In this document: positions 36,280 through 46,115 of the stretch, piece by piece | How the letters are laid out: every line of letters begins with the position of its first letter | Numbering within the stretch: the stretch's first letter is position 1 | Origin: an uncultured bacterium | Lineage (GTDB): Bacteria; Patescibacteriota; Minisyncoccia; Moranbacterales; UBA2206 | Assembly (NCBI GenBank): GCA_903831805.1 | Contig: CAIKZD010000017.1 | Coordinates: 77,249 to 141,248 of the forward strand | DNA length: 64,000 nt | Direction of reading: 5' to 3' | Translations under genes and position numbers: made by a program | The notes under the pieces: generated by a model | Databases searched by the model: none | Seen by the model: only the letters and a program-made list of their open reading frames with translations | What the model was told of the DNA's origin: nothing

Positions 36280-37758
36280 CTAAATCATCCCTTCTTTCTT
36301 CATAAACTTGCGAATATGGGCTTTGGCGTTAGAAGTTTTGACGAAACGTAGCCAGTCGCGGCTGGGATTTTTGTGATCTTTGGACGTGAGAATTTCGATA
36401 ATCTCGCCATTCTTGACTTTATAATCCAAAGTGACAATGTGGCCGTTTACTTTGGCGCCCACGGCCCGGTCGCCGATCTCACTGTGGACTCGGTAGGCGA
36501 AGTCAATCGGGGTGGCTTCTTCCGGCAAGTCGATGATGTCGCCCATCGGGGTGAAAGCAAAAATATGATTTTTGAAAAAATCAATTTTCAGACCTTCCAT
36601 AAATTCTTGATCATCCTTGCCCAGGCCGTTTTGCCATTCGCGCAGCTGTTTGATCCACACCAATTCTTGGTCAGGCACTTTGGTTTTTTTGCGGAAAAGC
36701 ATATCTTTGAAACTACGCTTATTTTCCGAATATATCCAATGGGCGGCAATCCCAAATTCCGCTTCATCATCCATCTTTTTGGTGCGAATCTGGATTTCTA
36801 GGAAGTTTCCTTCCGGTCCAAAAATGGTGGTGTGGATGGATTGATAGCCATTAGGCTTGGGCAGTGAGATATAGTCCTTGATGCGTCCGACCAAGGGACG
36901 ATATTTTTTATGCACGATACCAAGGGTTTCATAGCAATTGACGATTTCCGGCACGATGATTCTCACCCCGACCAGATCATAAATCTTGTCGATATTCATA
37001 TCATGTTTTTTCAGTTTTTGGAAAAGGCTATAGATATGCTTGGCGCGGCCGAAAACATCCACTACGCGGATGCCTTCTTTGCCGAGCTCTTTTTTCAGCT
37101 CAGCCACCACCGTTTTGATATACTTTTTTCTTTGTTCTTGCTCGGTCGCGGACAGCTTAATGATATATTCGTAATTTTTCGGTTCGAGATATTGGAAGGC
37201 CAGGTCTTCCAAGCGAGCTTTAATGTCTCCAATGCCAAGACGATTGGCAATGGGAGCGTAAATTTCCAATGTTTCTCGGGCGATGCGTTCTTGTTTTTCC
37301 GGCGGCAGACTTCCGAGCGTTTCCATATTATGCAAGCGGTCGGCCAGCTTGATGAGCACTACCCGGATGTCAGCCGCCATCGCCAAAAACATCTTCCTGA
37401 GATTTTCCAGATAATTTTCTTCTTTGGTGCCGCGCAGCTTTATTTTTCCCAGTTTGGTGACGCCGTCCACCAATGCGGCGATTTCTTTGCCGAATTTCTT
37501 TTCGATTTCCTCAATGGTCACATCCGTATCTTCGGGCACATCATGCAAAATTCCCGCAGTAATCGTGCGGGCGCCGAGGCCGATCTTGGCCAGATTCATG
37601 GCGGTGTGTAATGGATGGTCGATATAGGCTTCGCCAGATTTACGCTTCTGATTGGTGTGGGCTTTTTCAGCTAAAGCGTAAGCACTGCGAACCATGGCCT
37701 CATTTTTAGAGTCCATTTTTAACTTGATATTTTTTAAGACGTCTTCAATGGTTATCAT
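36280..37758 (-). CDS. rel: Bifunctional (p)ppGpp synthetase/hydrolase, RelA/SpoT family, short form
   Basis: HD domain (HPLHTAMNL...ILHDVPEDT), RelA_SpoT synthetase domain, C-terminal TGS; 492 aa, no ACT domain. Confidence 0.9.
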   Translation of the reverse strand: MITIEDVLKNIKLKMDSKNEAMVRSAYALAEKAHTNQKRKSGEAYIDHPLHTAMNLAKIGLGARTITAGILHDVPEDTDVTIEEIEKKFGKEIAALVDGVTKLGKIKLRGTKEENYLENLRKMFLAMAADIRVVLIKLADRLHNMETLGSLPPEKQERIARETLEIYAPIANRLGIGDIKARLEDLAFQYLEPKNYEYIIKLSATEQEQRKKYIKTVVAELKKELGKEGIRVVDVFGRAKHIYSLFQKLKKHDMNIDKIYDLVGVRIIVPEIVNCYETLGIVHKKYRPLVGRIKDYISLPKPNGYQSIHTTIFGPEGNFLEIQIRTKKMDDEAEFGIAAHWIYSENKRSFKDMLFRKKTKVPDQELVWIKQLREWQNGLGKDDQEFMEGLKIDFFKNHIFAFTPMGDIIDLPEEATPIDFAYRVHSEIGDRAVGAKVNGHIVTLDYKVKNGEIIEILTSKDHKNPSRDWLRFVKTSNAKAHIRKFMKKEGMI

Positions 37759-37790
37759 AGGGAAGAGATGCTAGTAATAACTCTTACAAT

Positions 37791-40049
37791 CTAACTCTCA
37801 TTTTCTTTTTCAAAGGAGCACTCCTTGGAAGAGCATTTAATTTTTCCTTTAGCGGCAAAAACTAGGAGACTTTGGCAAAGCGGACATACGCCCCCAGTCG
37901 GCTTGTTCCAAAGGGCAAAATCGCATTTCGGGTAGCTGTTGCAACCGAAGAAAACTCTCCCGCGCTTGGATTTTCTTTCGATGACTTCACCCACGCCGCA
38001 CTTGGGGCATTTCACGCCGGTCTTAGTCTCGATTTTTTTGATATTTTTGCAAGCCGGGTAAGCGCTGCAACCTAAAAACATGCCAAAGCGGCCCTTTTTC
38101 ACGGTCATCGGGGCACCGCACAATTCGCAAGCGATGACGCCATTCTCTTTTTCAATTTTGTCTTGCTGTTCTTTTTCTTCCGCTGTTTTTTCAGTATAAC
38201 GACAGTTTGGATAGTTGGAGCAAGCGATGAATTTTCCAAACCGGCCGAATTTTACGATTAAATCTCCGCCACATTCCGGGCAAGAGCGATCCAGCTTCTC
38301 TTGAAAGTCTTCTTTTTTCACCTCTTCAGTTTTTGATAGGAGGTTCTTATGAAAAGGTTCATAAAAATTGCGGATGACGGGCACCCAGGTACTGTCGCCC
38401 GCCGCAATCTTATCAAATTCTTCTTCGATATTGGCCGTGAATTTTATATCCACAATATCGGCGAAGTGCGCGACCAAAAGATCACTGACCAGAGTCCCGA
38501 TTTCCAGCGGGAAAAGTCGGCGTTCTTCATTTTTTTCTACGTATTTTCTTTCAATGATAGTAGTGATGGTCGGGGCGTAGGTCGACGGTCGGCCAATGCC
38601 ATTTTCTTCCATGACTTTGATCAGGGTGGCTTCACTGTAGCGGGGTGGTTGAGAAGTGGATTTAGCGGTAGCCGTGGCACTGGTCAAATTCAAGACGTCA
38701 TTTTTTTCGAGCGCCGGTAAAATGTTTTCCGCGATGGTTTGGTCGCTGTATACTTTCAAATAGCCGTCGAAAACTAAGGTTGAGCCATTGGCGCGTAGGA
38801 GATAAGCATTTTTTTTCGCCTTGGCTTCGATATCCATCTTGACGGAATCAAATCTGGCCGGCTGCATCTGACACGCCAGCATGCGGTTCCAGATTAGTTT
38901 ATAGATCTTATACTGGCTGGGCTCAAGAGAATCTTTGAGTTCGGTGGGAGTTTTTTCCGGATAAGCCGGGCGGATGGCTTCGTGCGCTTCTTGGGCGTTC
39001 TTAGATTTTGTCTTATAAAAACGCGGTGTGGGCAGAGCATAATCTTGGCCGAAAAGTTTCGTAATGGTTTTTTGCGCGCTAAGCATTGATTCCATCGATA
39101 GATTGGTGGAATCAGTTCGCATATAGGTGATTAAACCTTGTTCGTAGAGTTTCTGCGCCGCCATCATCGTTTGTTTGGAAGAAAAGCCTAGGCTATTGAT
39201 GGCTCCTTGCTGCAAAGTCGAAGTGGTGAAGGGCGCGCTGGGTGTGCGCAACGTTTCCCTTTTGACAATATCCACAATCTGGCAAGTGGAGGCCTGCAAT
39301 TCGGCGACGATTTCATCCGCCAGTTTCTGACTGCCGATGTTAGTTTTTTTAGTTTTATAATCTCCGGCAAAAAGCTTGAGCGTGATGGACTCATCGATTT
39401 TTTCGCCATTTTTTTGCAACAGGCTGGCGTCGAAAGAAGTTGCATTTTTTTTATCTTCCGCTTGGAACTTGGCATCGATCACCCAGAATTTTTCTGATTT
39501 GAATTTTTCAATTTCTTTTTCACGTTCCACGATCAGGCGCAACGCCACGGACTGAACACGACCAGCGGACAGTCCCCGGCGGATCTTTTTCCACAAAAAA
39601 GGAGAAAGTTCAAAGCCGACCAAGCGATCCAAAATTCTTCTAGCTTGTTGGGCGTCCACCAAATTAAGATCAAGCGTGCGCGGATTTTCCAAGGCTTTTT
39701 CGATAGCCATCTTAGTGATTTCATGAAAGACGATTCTTTTGGTCGTGCTCGGTTCCAAGTTAAGGGCGCTCATGAGATGCCATGCAATGGCTTCTCCTTC
39801 GCGGTCTTCGTCAGAGGCCAGGATAATCTCGTCTGCTTTCTTGGCTAAGATTTTTAGGCTATCCACACGTTCAATGGCTTTGGTTGGAATGACATAGTCC
39901 GGCTGAAAGTCGTTTTCAATGTTAACGCCCATCTTTTTTTCCGGTAGATCGCGGATGTGGCCATAGGAAGATTTGACCGTGTACTTTTTACCCAAAAATT
40001 TGGCAATAGTTTTGGCTTTGGTAGGAGACTCTACGATAACGAGTTTCAT
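37791..40049 (-). CDS. topA: DNA topoisomerase I
   Basis: TOPRIM N-terminus MKLVIVESPTKAKTIAKFLG; active-site region; several C-terminal C4 zinc ribbons. Confidence 0.95.
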   Translation of the reverse strand: MKLVIVESPTKAKTIAKFLGKKYTVKSSYGHIRDLPEKKMGVNIENDFQPDYVIPTKAIERVDSLKILAKKADEIILASDEDREGEAIAWHLMSALNLEPSTTKRIVFHEITKMAIEKALENPRTLDLNLVDAQQARRILDRLVGFELSPFLWKKIRRGLSAGRVQSVALRLIVEREKEIEKFKSEKFWVIDAKFQAEDKKNATSFDASLLQKNGEKIDESITLKLFAGDYKTKKTNIGSQKLADEIVAELQASTCQIVDIVKRETLRTPSAPFTTSTLQQGAINSLGFSSKQTMMAAQKLYEQGLITYMRTDSTNLSMESMLSAQKTITKLFGQDYALPTPRFYKTKSKNAQEAHEAIRPAYPEKTPTELKDSLEPSQYKIYKLIWNRMLACQMQPARFDSVKMDIEAKAKKNAYLLRANGSTLVFDGYLKVYSDQTIAENILPALEKNDVLNLTSATATAKSTSQPPRYSEATLIKVMEENGIGRPSTYAPTITTIIERKYVEKNEERRLFPLEIGTLVSDLLVAHFADIVDIKFTANIEEEFDKIAAGDSTWVPVIRNFYEPFHKNLLSKTEEVKKEDFQEKLDRSCPECGGDLIVKFGRFGKFIACSNYPNCRYTEKTAEEKEQQDKIEKENGVIACELCGAPMTVKKGRFGMFLGCSAYPACKNIKKIETKTGVKCPKCGVGEVIERKSKRGRVFFGCNSYPKCDFALWNKPTGGVCPLCQSLLVFAAKGKIKCSSKECSFEKENES

Positions 40050-40105
40050 GTGTTTGGTTCGGATTATGTGAAATAATACGGTTAAATAGTTAAAAAATAT
40101 ATTGT

Positions 40106-40227
40106 GTCAAATTTTCAATTATCAATTTGCAATTTTCAATGAATTTTCAATGCTCAAATTTTCAATTGATCATTGAGATATTGATAATTTATAAATTGAT
40201 TGAAAATTGATCATTGTAAATTGAATA
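40106..40227. repeat. AT-rich array of AATTTTCAAT / ATTGATCATTG direct and inverted repeats between dprA and topA
   Basis: At least 4 direct copies of (a)attttcaat, one inverted attgaaaatt, two copies of attgatcattg. Confidence 0.7.
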
Positions 40228-41346
40228 TTATATTAGTATATAGTTCTGTCCGCCGATGTTTTTTACCCAGCCTTTCAATTCCATCATTACGAGAGTGGCG
40301 GAGGCGGTAGCAGTTTGAAGTTTAACGAGTTTCGCAATAATGTCAATGTGGAGCGGTTCAGAAGAGAGAATTTTGAGTAGTCGCTCTTCCTCTTCGTTGC
40401 AGGGTGCTTTAGGCAGTGATTTTTTTTGGTGAGTGTTTTTCTCTAGGCCCAGTTCTTCCAAGATATCTTTTATGCCGGTCACGACTTTGGCGCCGCTGCG
40501 GATGAGCCCATTGGTACCGATAGAGCTTTCGGAAAAAATGGAACCAGGTACGGCGAAAACTTCCCGATTGGCTTCCAGCGCCATTTGCGCCGTGATGAGG
40601 GCACCACTTTTTTCGCCCGCTTCTACCACGATGGTGCCGAGCGTCAGGCCGGCCACGATGCGGTTACGGGCCGGAAAAGCCATCCGGCCGGTGGTGGCCT
40701 CAGTTGTGTATTCGCTGAATAGGGCACCGGATTGGACAATTTCCCGCGCGAGATTGACGTTATGCCGCGGATAAATATCTTTTTCGTCCAAACTATTGCC
40801 CAAGACGGCAATCGTTTTCCCACCGCCGTCCAAAGCGCCACGATGTGCCCAGCTGTCGATGCCGAGGGCCATGCCACTGATCACCGTAATGCCGGCAGCG
40901 GAGAGATCCTTGGCCAAATTTTGCGCGACCAGGGCGCCGTAAGGAGTGTTTTTTCTGGCGCCCACGATAGCCACGGCGGGCGCGGCGATGAGGCGCGAAA
41001 ATTCTATCTCATCAAAGGGCTCGGCAGTTTTGATATACAGAAGGTAAGGCGGATGAGGTGATTCCTTGAGGATTGCCGGATAGAGAGGATCGTTCCAGGC
41101 GAGGAGGTGAATATTTTCTTTGGTCATGATTTCCCATTCGCGCTCGGGATGGGTATTTTTTCTTTCGTCAAAAATCCGGCTGGCTAATTTTTCTCCAATC
41201 CCGCTTCTTATCAGGGGCTCTAAATCGCCGTCCCACGCCGCTTCCGCACTGCCGAAAAAGCCCATCAGCTTTCTTAATGTTTGTGCGCCCACGCCTGAAA
41301 TCTTGTTAAGGGCGTTCAGATATTTTAGGTCTTTTGAAGTTGTCAT
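40228..41346 (-). CDS. dprA: DNA processing protein DprA/Smf
   Basis: IVGARKNTPYGALVAQNLAKDLSAAGITVISGMALGIDSWAHRGALDGGGKTIAVLG Rossmann-like DprA core. Confidence 0.9.
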   Translation of the reverse strand: MTTSKDLKYLNALNKISGVGAQTLRKLMGFFGSAEAAWDGDLEPLIRSGIGEKLASRIFDERKNTHPEREWEIMTKENIHLLAWNDPLYPAILKESPHPPYLLYIKTAEPFDEIEFSRLIAAPAVAIVGARKNTPYGALVAQNLAKDLSAAGITVISGMALGIDSWAHRGALDGGGKTIAVLGNSLDEKDIYPRHNVNLAREIVQSGALFSEYTTEATTGRMAFPARNRIVAGLTLGTIVVEAGEKSGALITAQMALEANREVFAVPGSIFSESSIGTNGLIRSGAKVVTGIKDILEELGLEKNTHQKKSLPKAPCNEEEERLLKILSSEPLHIDIIAKLVKLQTATASATLVMMELKGWVKNIGGQNYILI

Positions 41347-41439
41347 ATTTTTTTAAATGTAGCATAATATGCACGCTCTTGACAAATTTTTGATATATGC
41401 TAGAATAGTTTGAAATTTAAAACTATTAAATAAACTTAT

Positions 41440-42507
41440 ATGCATAAGGGCAAAGAAAGCAAAAAAACGGCACCAGCGGAAATTTCGGAAGGAGAATTCA
41501 GTTTTTTGGTCATGGCCGAAAAATTATTGATGGATATGTCGGACCGCAGCGGGGAAATTGTCAGACGACGCTTCGGGCTGACAACGGCGCGGGGGGAAAC
41601 GCTGGAAAAGATCGGCCAACATTACAGCATCACTCGAGAACGAGTGCGACAGATTATCGCGGAAGCGGTGAAAAATATTGCGCAAAAATTGAACCATAAA
41701 GACTTTTTTCTCACCGAAGAAAAAATAATTTTTACAGTAATGGAAAATGGTGGTATAATCAGAGAAGTTGATGCGATTGAAAAAATAAAATACGGTTCAG
41801 TGCAAGAAGCTAATGCGATTAAATTTTTTGCCAGTTGTTCTCGCAAGATTTTTGCCGTTGAGGAAAAAGGCATTTTGGAAAAAGCTTGGGTAGTTTCGCG
41901 TGATCTCATTTTTGAAATCAAGAGACTCATCAGAGAAGCGGAAAAAACTGCCTTGAAAGAAGGTAATCTTCTATCAGACAGCGAAATGTTGGAGAGATTG
42001 ATGGCGATTATGCCGGAAACGCCGAAGGAAAAGATAATGAATTTTCTGTCAGTGGCGGAACGGGTGAAAAAGAATAAATTTGGAAAATGGGGCATGATAG
42101 ATTGGATGGAAGTCTCACCGAAAGGGACGCGGGAGAAAGTGCATTTGATCCTCAAGGAACACAAGAGGCCTTTGCATTTCACCGAAATTGCCGATTTGAT
42201 CGACAAATATGAATTGAGCAAGCGAGGTGCCCATCCTCAGACAGTGCACAATGAATTGATCAAGGACGAACGATTTGTGCTGGTTGGGCGGGGGATTTAT
42301 GCTTTGGCCGAATGGGGCTATTTTTCCGGTACGATCAAGGATATTATCGAAGTGATTTTGAAAAAATCTGGACGGCCTATGAAGAAAGATGAGGTGATGG
42401 CCGAAGTACTGAAAATGCGCCGAGTGAAAAAAACGACTATTATGATAAATTTGAATAATCGAAAATTTTTCAAAAAAGAAGGCGAATTCTACCGATTGAA
42501 AAAATAA
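41440..42507 (+). CDS. Sigma-70 region-4-like HTH protein with long C-terminal domain of unknown function
   Basis: RRRFGLTTARGETLEKIGQHYSITRERVRQIIAEAVKNI resembles sigma70 region 4.2; no region 2; 355 aa. Confidence 0.55.
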   Translation: MHKGKESKKTAPAEISEGEFSFLVMAEKLLMDMSDRSGEIVRRRFGLTTARGETLEKIGQHYSITRERVRQIIAEAVKNIAQKLNHKDFFLTEEKIIFTVMENGGIIREVDAIEKIKYGSVQEANAIKFFASCSRKIFAVEEKGILEKAWVVSRDLIFEIKRLIREAEKTALKEGNLLSDSEMLERLMAIMPETPKEKIMNFLSVAERVKKNKFGKWGMIDWMEVSPKGTREKVHLILKEHKRPLHFTEIADLIDKYELSKRGAHPQTVHNELIKDERFVLVGRGIYALAEWGYFSGTIKDIIEVILKKSGRPMKKDEVMAEVLKMRRVKKTTIMINLNNRKFFKKEGEFYRLKK

Positions 42508-42542
42508 ATAAAAGTTTTATAAATTGAGAAACGATAAATGTT

Positions 42543-43814
42543 ATGAACAACGCTTCAGACATTAGTTCTATATTCGGAGTTTTTATCCAATTTTTCCAGC
42601 TGTTCTGGTGGATCATTCTGCCAGTCTTTTTGTATAAACTTTTTACATTTCTTTGGATAGACTTTTCGGGTTGGTATGGGGCCAATTCTTGGACCGCTCT
42701 CAAAAAATGGACCTTTCTGGAAATCATTCCGCCTCGGGAAATCGAACGCGGACCGAAAATGATGGAAAATATTTTTACGGCTATGACTGGCGTCCTGACG
42801 ACTTACAATACTTTCGACGTCTATTTAAAAGGGGCGTGGTACCATGATCGTTTTAGTCTGGAAATGGTCGGAGAAGAAGGCAAGATGCACTTCTATATTC
42901 GCACCCAAAAAAATTATCGGGCGATGATAGAAGCGCACATTTATGCTCAATATCCGGATGCTAAAGTGCTTGAAGTGGGTGATTATACGGAAAATTTTCC
43001 CAGAGTGGTGCCGAACAAGTTTTGGGATTTGTGGGGGACGGATTTTGAGTTTGTCGGAAAAGACGCTATTCCGATTAAGACCTATGAAAAATTTGAGGAA
43101 ACTGTCACCGGGGAAATGATTGACCCAATTTCGGCTCTGGCGGAAGTGATAGGCGCCTTGGGCCCCGGTCAACACATCTGGCTGCAATATGTTTTGCAAC
43201 CCTTGCCTGAGCCGGACAATAAGTCAGACGAGCATATAAGTGTGGTCAAGAAGTTGAAAGGTGAAACAGTGGTGGAACCGATGGGTTTGGCGGGACACCT
43301 GATGGATGTTATTGCCAATATTCCCGCTGCCTTTTCCGCTCCGGTGGTTTTCGGCGCGGCCGAAAAGAAAGAGCTTGGTCCGCTGGAATTTCGTCTTTCT
43401 CCGACAGAAAAAGATATCCTGAAAGCCACGGAAGAAAATTTAGGCAAGAATCTGTTCCGGACAAAAATGCGGTTCATCTATATCGGCCGCAAGGAAAATT
43501 TCGACAGGTCCAACGTCTCCTCTTTCATCGGCGCCCTCAAGCAATTTAATGATATAAATTACAATAACCTGAAGCCTGAGGATGTCAGTAAGACTTATGG
43601 TTCTATATTTTTCATCAAGCAACGTGTGGATTTTCGCAAAAGAAAAATCTATGCGCGTTACAAAAAACGCAATGTGGATGGTAAGAAAATCATTTTTTCC
43701 ACTAAGGAATTGGCCACAGTGTTTCATTTCCCTGATTTGAGCGTGAAGGCGCCTTCCATTACCCGGACGGAATCAAAACTGGGCAGTGCTCCGTCTAATT
43801 TGCCTGTTGGATAA
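42543..43814 (+). CDS. Membrane-anchored hypothetical protein, partner of downstream ATPase
   Basis: N-terminal hydrophobic segment (FIQFFQLFWWIILPVFLYKLFTFLWI), then ~370 aa soluble domain with no recognised motif. Confidence 0.55.
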   Translation: MNNASDISSIFGVFIQFFQLFWWIILPVFLYKLFTFLWIDFSGWYGANSWTALKKWTFLEIIPPREIERGPKMMENIFTAMTGVLTTYNTFDVYLKGAWYHDRFSLEMVGEEGKMHFYIRTQKNYRAMIEAHIYAQYPDAKVLEVGDYTENFPRVVPNKFWDLWGTDFEFVGKDAIPIKTYEKFEETVTGEMIDPISALAEVIGALGPGQHIWLQYVLQPLPEPDNKSDEHISVVKKLKGETVVEPMGLAGHLMDVIANIPAAFSAPVVFGAAEKKELGPLEFRLSPTEKDILKATEENLGKNLFRTKMRFIYIGRKENFDRSNVSSFIGALKQFNDINYNNLKPEDVSKTYGSIFFIKQRVDFRKRKIYARYKKRNVDGKKIIFSTKELATVFHFPDLSVKAPSITRTESKLGSAPSNLPVG

Positions 43815-43905
43815 TTGTTTGTTTAATAAAAATAATTGTATTGGTACGAGATCCTTCACCCCGCCGCGGCGGGGCTCAGGATGATTTCGTCCATTTTTTA
43901 CCAAA

Positions 43906-45861
43906 ATGTCTGAAATCAATTTTTTCGCCAAAACTAATTTTAGGAACAAGGAGGTGGTTTTTGGCATCAAGGAAGATGACCGCCGCCGCCATATGTATGT
44001 TATTGGAAAAACCGGAATGGGTAAATCCAATATGTTGGAAAATATGGCTATCCAAGACATTCGGAATGGCAAAGGCGTTTGTGTGGTCGATCCGCACGGC
44101 GAATTTGCCGAAAAAATGGTGCGGGCCATCCCGGCTAATCGTATCAATGACCTGGTTTATTTCAATCCGGCGGACAAAGAATTTCCGATTGCCTTTAATA
44201 TCTTGGAGTCTGTTGAGGAGGATAAAAAAAACTTGGTGGCCAGTGGTATGATGGGGGTGTTCAAAAAAATCTGGCCGGATGTGTGGAGTCCGCGAATGGA
44301 ATATATTCTAAATAATACAATTCTCGCCCTTTTGGATTACCCCGGTTCCACTATGCTCGGCGTGAACCGCATGATGAGTGATAAGGATTTCCGGAAGCGT
44401 GTTTATCCGAAAATTAAAGATCCGGTGGTAAAATCTTTTTGGATTAATGAATTTGATCAATGGGATGATAAGTTCAGAAAAGAGGCGGTGGCGGCTATCC
44501 AGAATAAAGTTGGACAATTCTTGTCGTCTTTCGTTATTCGCCACATCGTCGGTCAACCGAAATCTACGATCGATATGCGGGAAATTATGGATAACGGTAA
44601 GATTTTGATTGTGAACCTTTCCAAAGGACGAATCGGCGAAGATGCGATGCGGCTTTTGGGTGGTATGGTGGTCACCAAGATCCAGTTGGCGGCCATGGGA
44701 CGGGTGGACATTCCAGAAGAAGAAAGAAAAGATTTCTATCTGTATGTCGATGAATTCCAAAATTTTGCCACGGAAGCTTTTGCTAACATTTTGTCTGAGG
44801 CGAGAAAATATCGCTTGAGCCTGATCTTGGCCCATCAATATATAAACCAATTGATTTTTGACGGCAACGCGACGGTGCGAGACGCTATCTTTGGCAATGT
44901 CGGCACGATTGTTTCTTTTCGGGTGGGGGCGGAAGATGCGGAAGCGCTGGAAAAAGAATTTGATCCGGTTTTTCTGATGAATGACATCGTGAATCTTTCC
45001 AAATACCGAATATATTTGAAATTAATGATTGATGGTATCGCCGGTGACGCTTTTTCCGCTACGACTTTGCCGCCGGCCGACCTGGCCGATACAATCGGTA
45101 ATGAAGAAAATGCCATCAAAGTTTCGCGCGAGCGATATGGCCGATCGCGCGCGGAAATTGAAGAAAAAATTGCTCGCTGGAGCGGCATGTTTGAGTTTGA
45201 TGAACCCAAGAAAACAGCCCCGGACGCGGTGAAAAATTATCCGGGAGCTTCCAGGATTACGCTTAAACCGACCGGGCCAGCTGTCAGAAAAGATTTTAGC
45301 CCGGCTATGCCGAAGCCAGTGGCGCCTATGTCAGCGCCGCTGATAAGCAAAAATATTTCGAGTAATAGCTATGACCCGGCTCGCGCAGTCAAAGAAAATT
45401 TATCCAAGCCGGAACTTCCGCCGAAAGCTGCTGTCGCAAAAACTGAAGTTGCTGCGGTTGCCCCACCGGCCGAGCGGCAAATGTTTGATACGGTTTGTGA
45501 TAGCTGTGAAGAAAAAATTCAAGTGCCTTTCGCCCCTGACCCCAATCGTCCGACTTTTTGTCGGGAATGCTTGAAAGAATATCAAAGAGCTAGAGCCAGA
45601 TCGCAGCGAGAAAAAACTGAACAGTCGCCAGCCCCAAGCGGAGGTGTGCCGGACCACGCGCGGCCTACTCAGGAAAAACAAATAAGCTCGCCCGAACAAG
45701 TGGATGATTATGAGCCTGTAGCCATGTCGTCAGATGAAAAACCGATGCGGCTGACCCAGATGGTGCATATGGCACCGAAAAAATTTCAAAGTACGCGGAG
45801 AAAACCGGAAATTGACCGGGCGGGCGTACGAGACTTGATAAATAAAACAAAAAATAACTGA
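43906..45861 (+). CDS. HerA/VirB4/VirD4-like (DUF87/AAA_10-type) P-loop ATPase with C-terminal CxxC-x19-CxxC zinc ribbon
   Basis: Walker A IGKTGMGKSN, VDPHGE, Walker B FYLYVDEFQNF, LILAHQY; disordered C-terminal tail bearing CDSCEEKIQVPFAPDPNRPTFCRECL. Confidence 0.7.
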   Translation: MSEINFFAKTNFRNKEVVFGIKEDDRRRHMYVIGKTGMGKSNMLENMAIQDIRNGKGVCVVDPHGEFAEKMVRAIPANRINDLVYFNPADKEFPIAFNILESVEEDKKNLVASGMMGVFKKIWPDVWSPRMEYILNNTILALLDYPGSTMLGVNRMMSDKDFRKRVYPKIKDPVVKSFWINEFDQWDDKFRKEAVAAIQNKVGQFLSSFVIRHIVGQPKSTIDMREIMDNGKILIVNLSKGRIGEDAMRLLGGMVVTKIQLAAMGRVDIPEEERKDFYLYVDEFQNFATEAFANILSEARKYRLSLILAHQYINQLIFDGNATVRDAIFGNVGTIVSFRVGAEDAEALEKEFDPVFLMNDIVNLSKYRIYLKLMIDGIAGDAFSATTLPPADLADTIGNEENAIKVSRERYGRSRAEIEEKIARWSGMFEFDEPKKTAPDAVKNYPGASRITLKPTGPAVRKDFSPAMPKPVAPMSAPLISKNISSNSYDPARAVKENLSKPELPPKAAVAKTEVAAVAPPAERQMFDTVCDSCEEKIQVPFAPDPNRPTFCRECLKEYQRARARSQREKTEQSPAPSGGVPDHARPTQEKQISSPEQVDDYEPVAMSSDEKPMRLTQMVHMAPKKFQSTRRKPEIDRAGVRDLINKTKNN

Positions 45862-45868
45862 AATAAAA

Positions 45869-46054
45869 ATGAAATTTGAATCGAACCGAAGAACGCTGAA
45901 TTATCTGTCGTTGTGCATGCTGATACTTTTTAACGGCGTACTGCTTGGATTTTTGGTGTATGTTGGCCATAATTTAATCGACAGCACTAAACAGTCGCAT
46001 ATATTGGAAGTGTCGCAGGATATGCGCAACGAAACCTTGCCATCGAAACGGTAG
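45869..46054 (+). CDS. Small single-TM protein
   Basis: 61 aa; TM YLSLCMLILFNGVLLGFLVYVG; starts 8 nt after the ATPase stop. Confidence 0.35.
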   Translation: MKFESNRRTLNYLSLCMLILFNGVLLGFLVYVGHNLIDSTKQSHILEVSQDMRNETLPSKR

Positions 46055-46115
46055 GCAGATCCATGAAAATAAAAGCGGGAAAGTCTATTTGCGAATTACC
46101 TAAGATTTTGCTACC

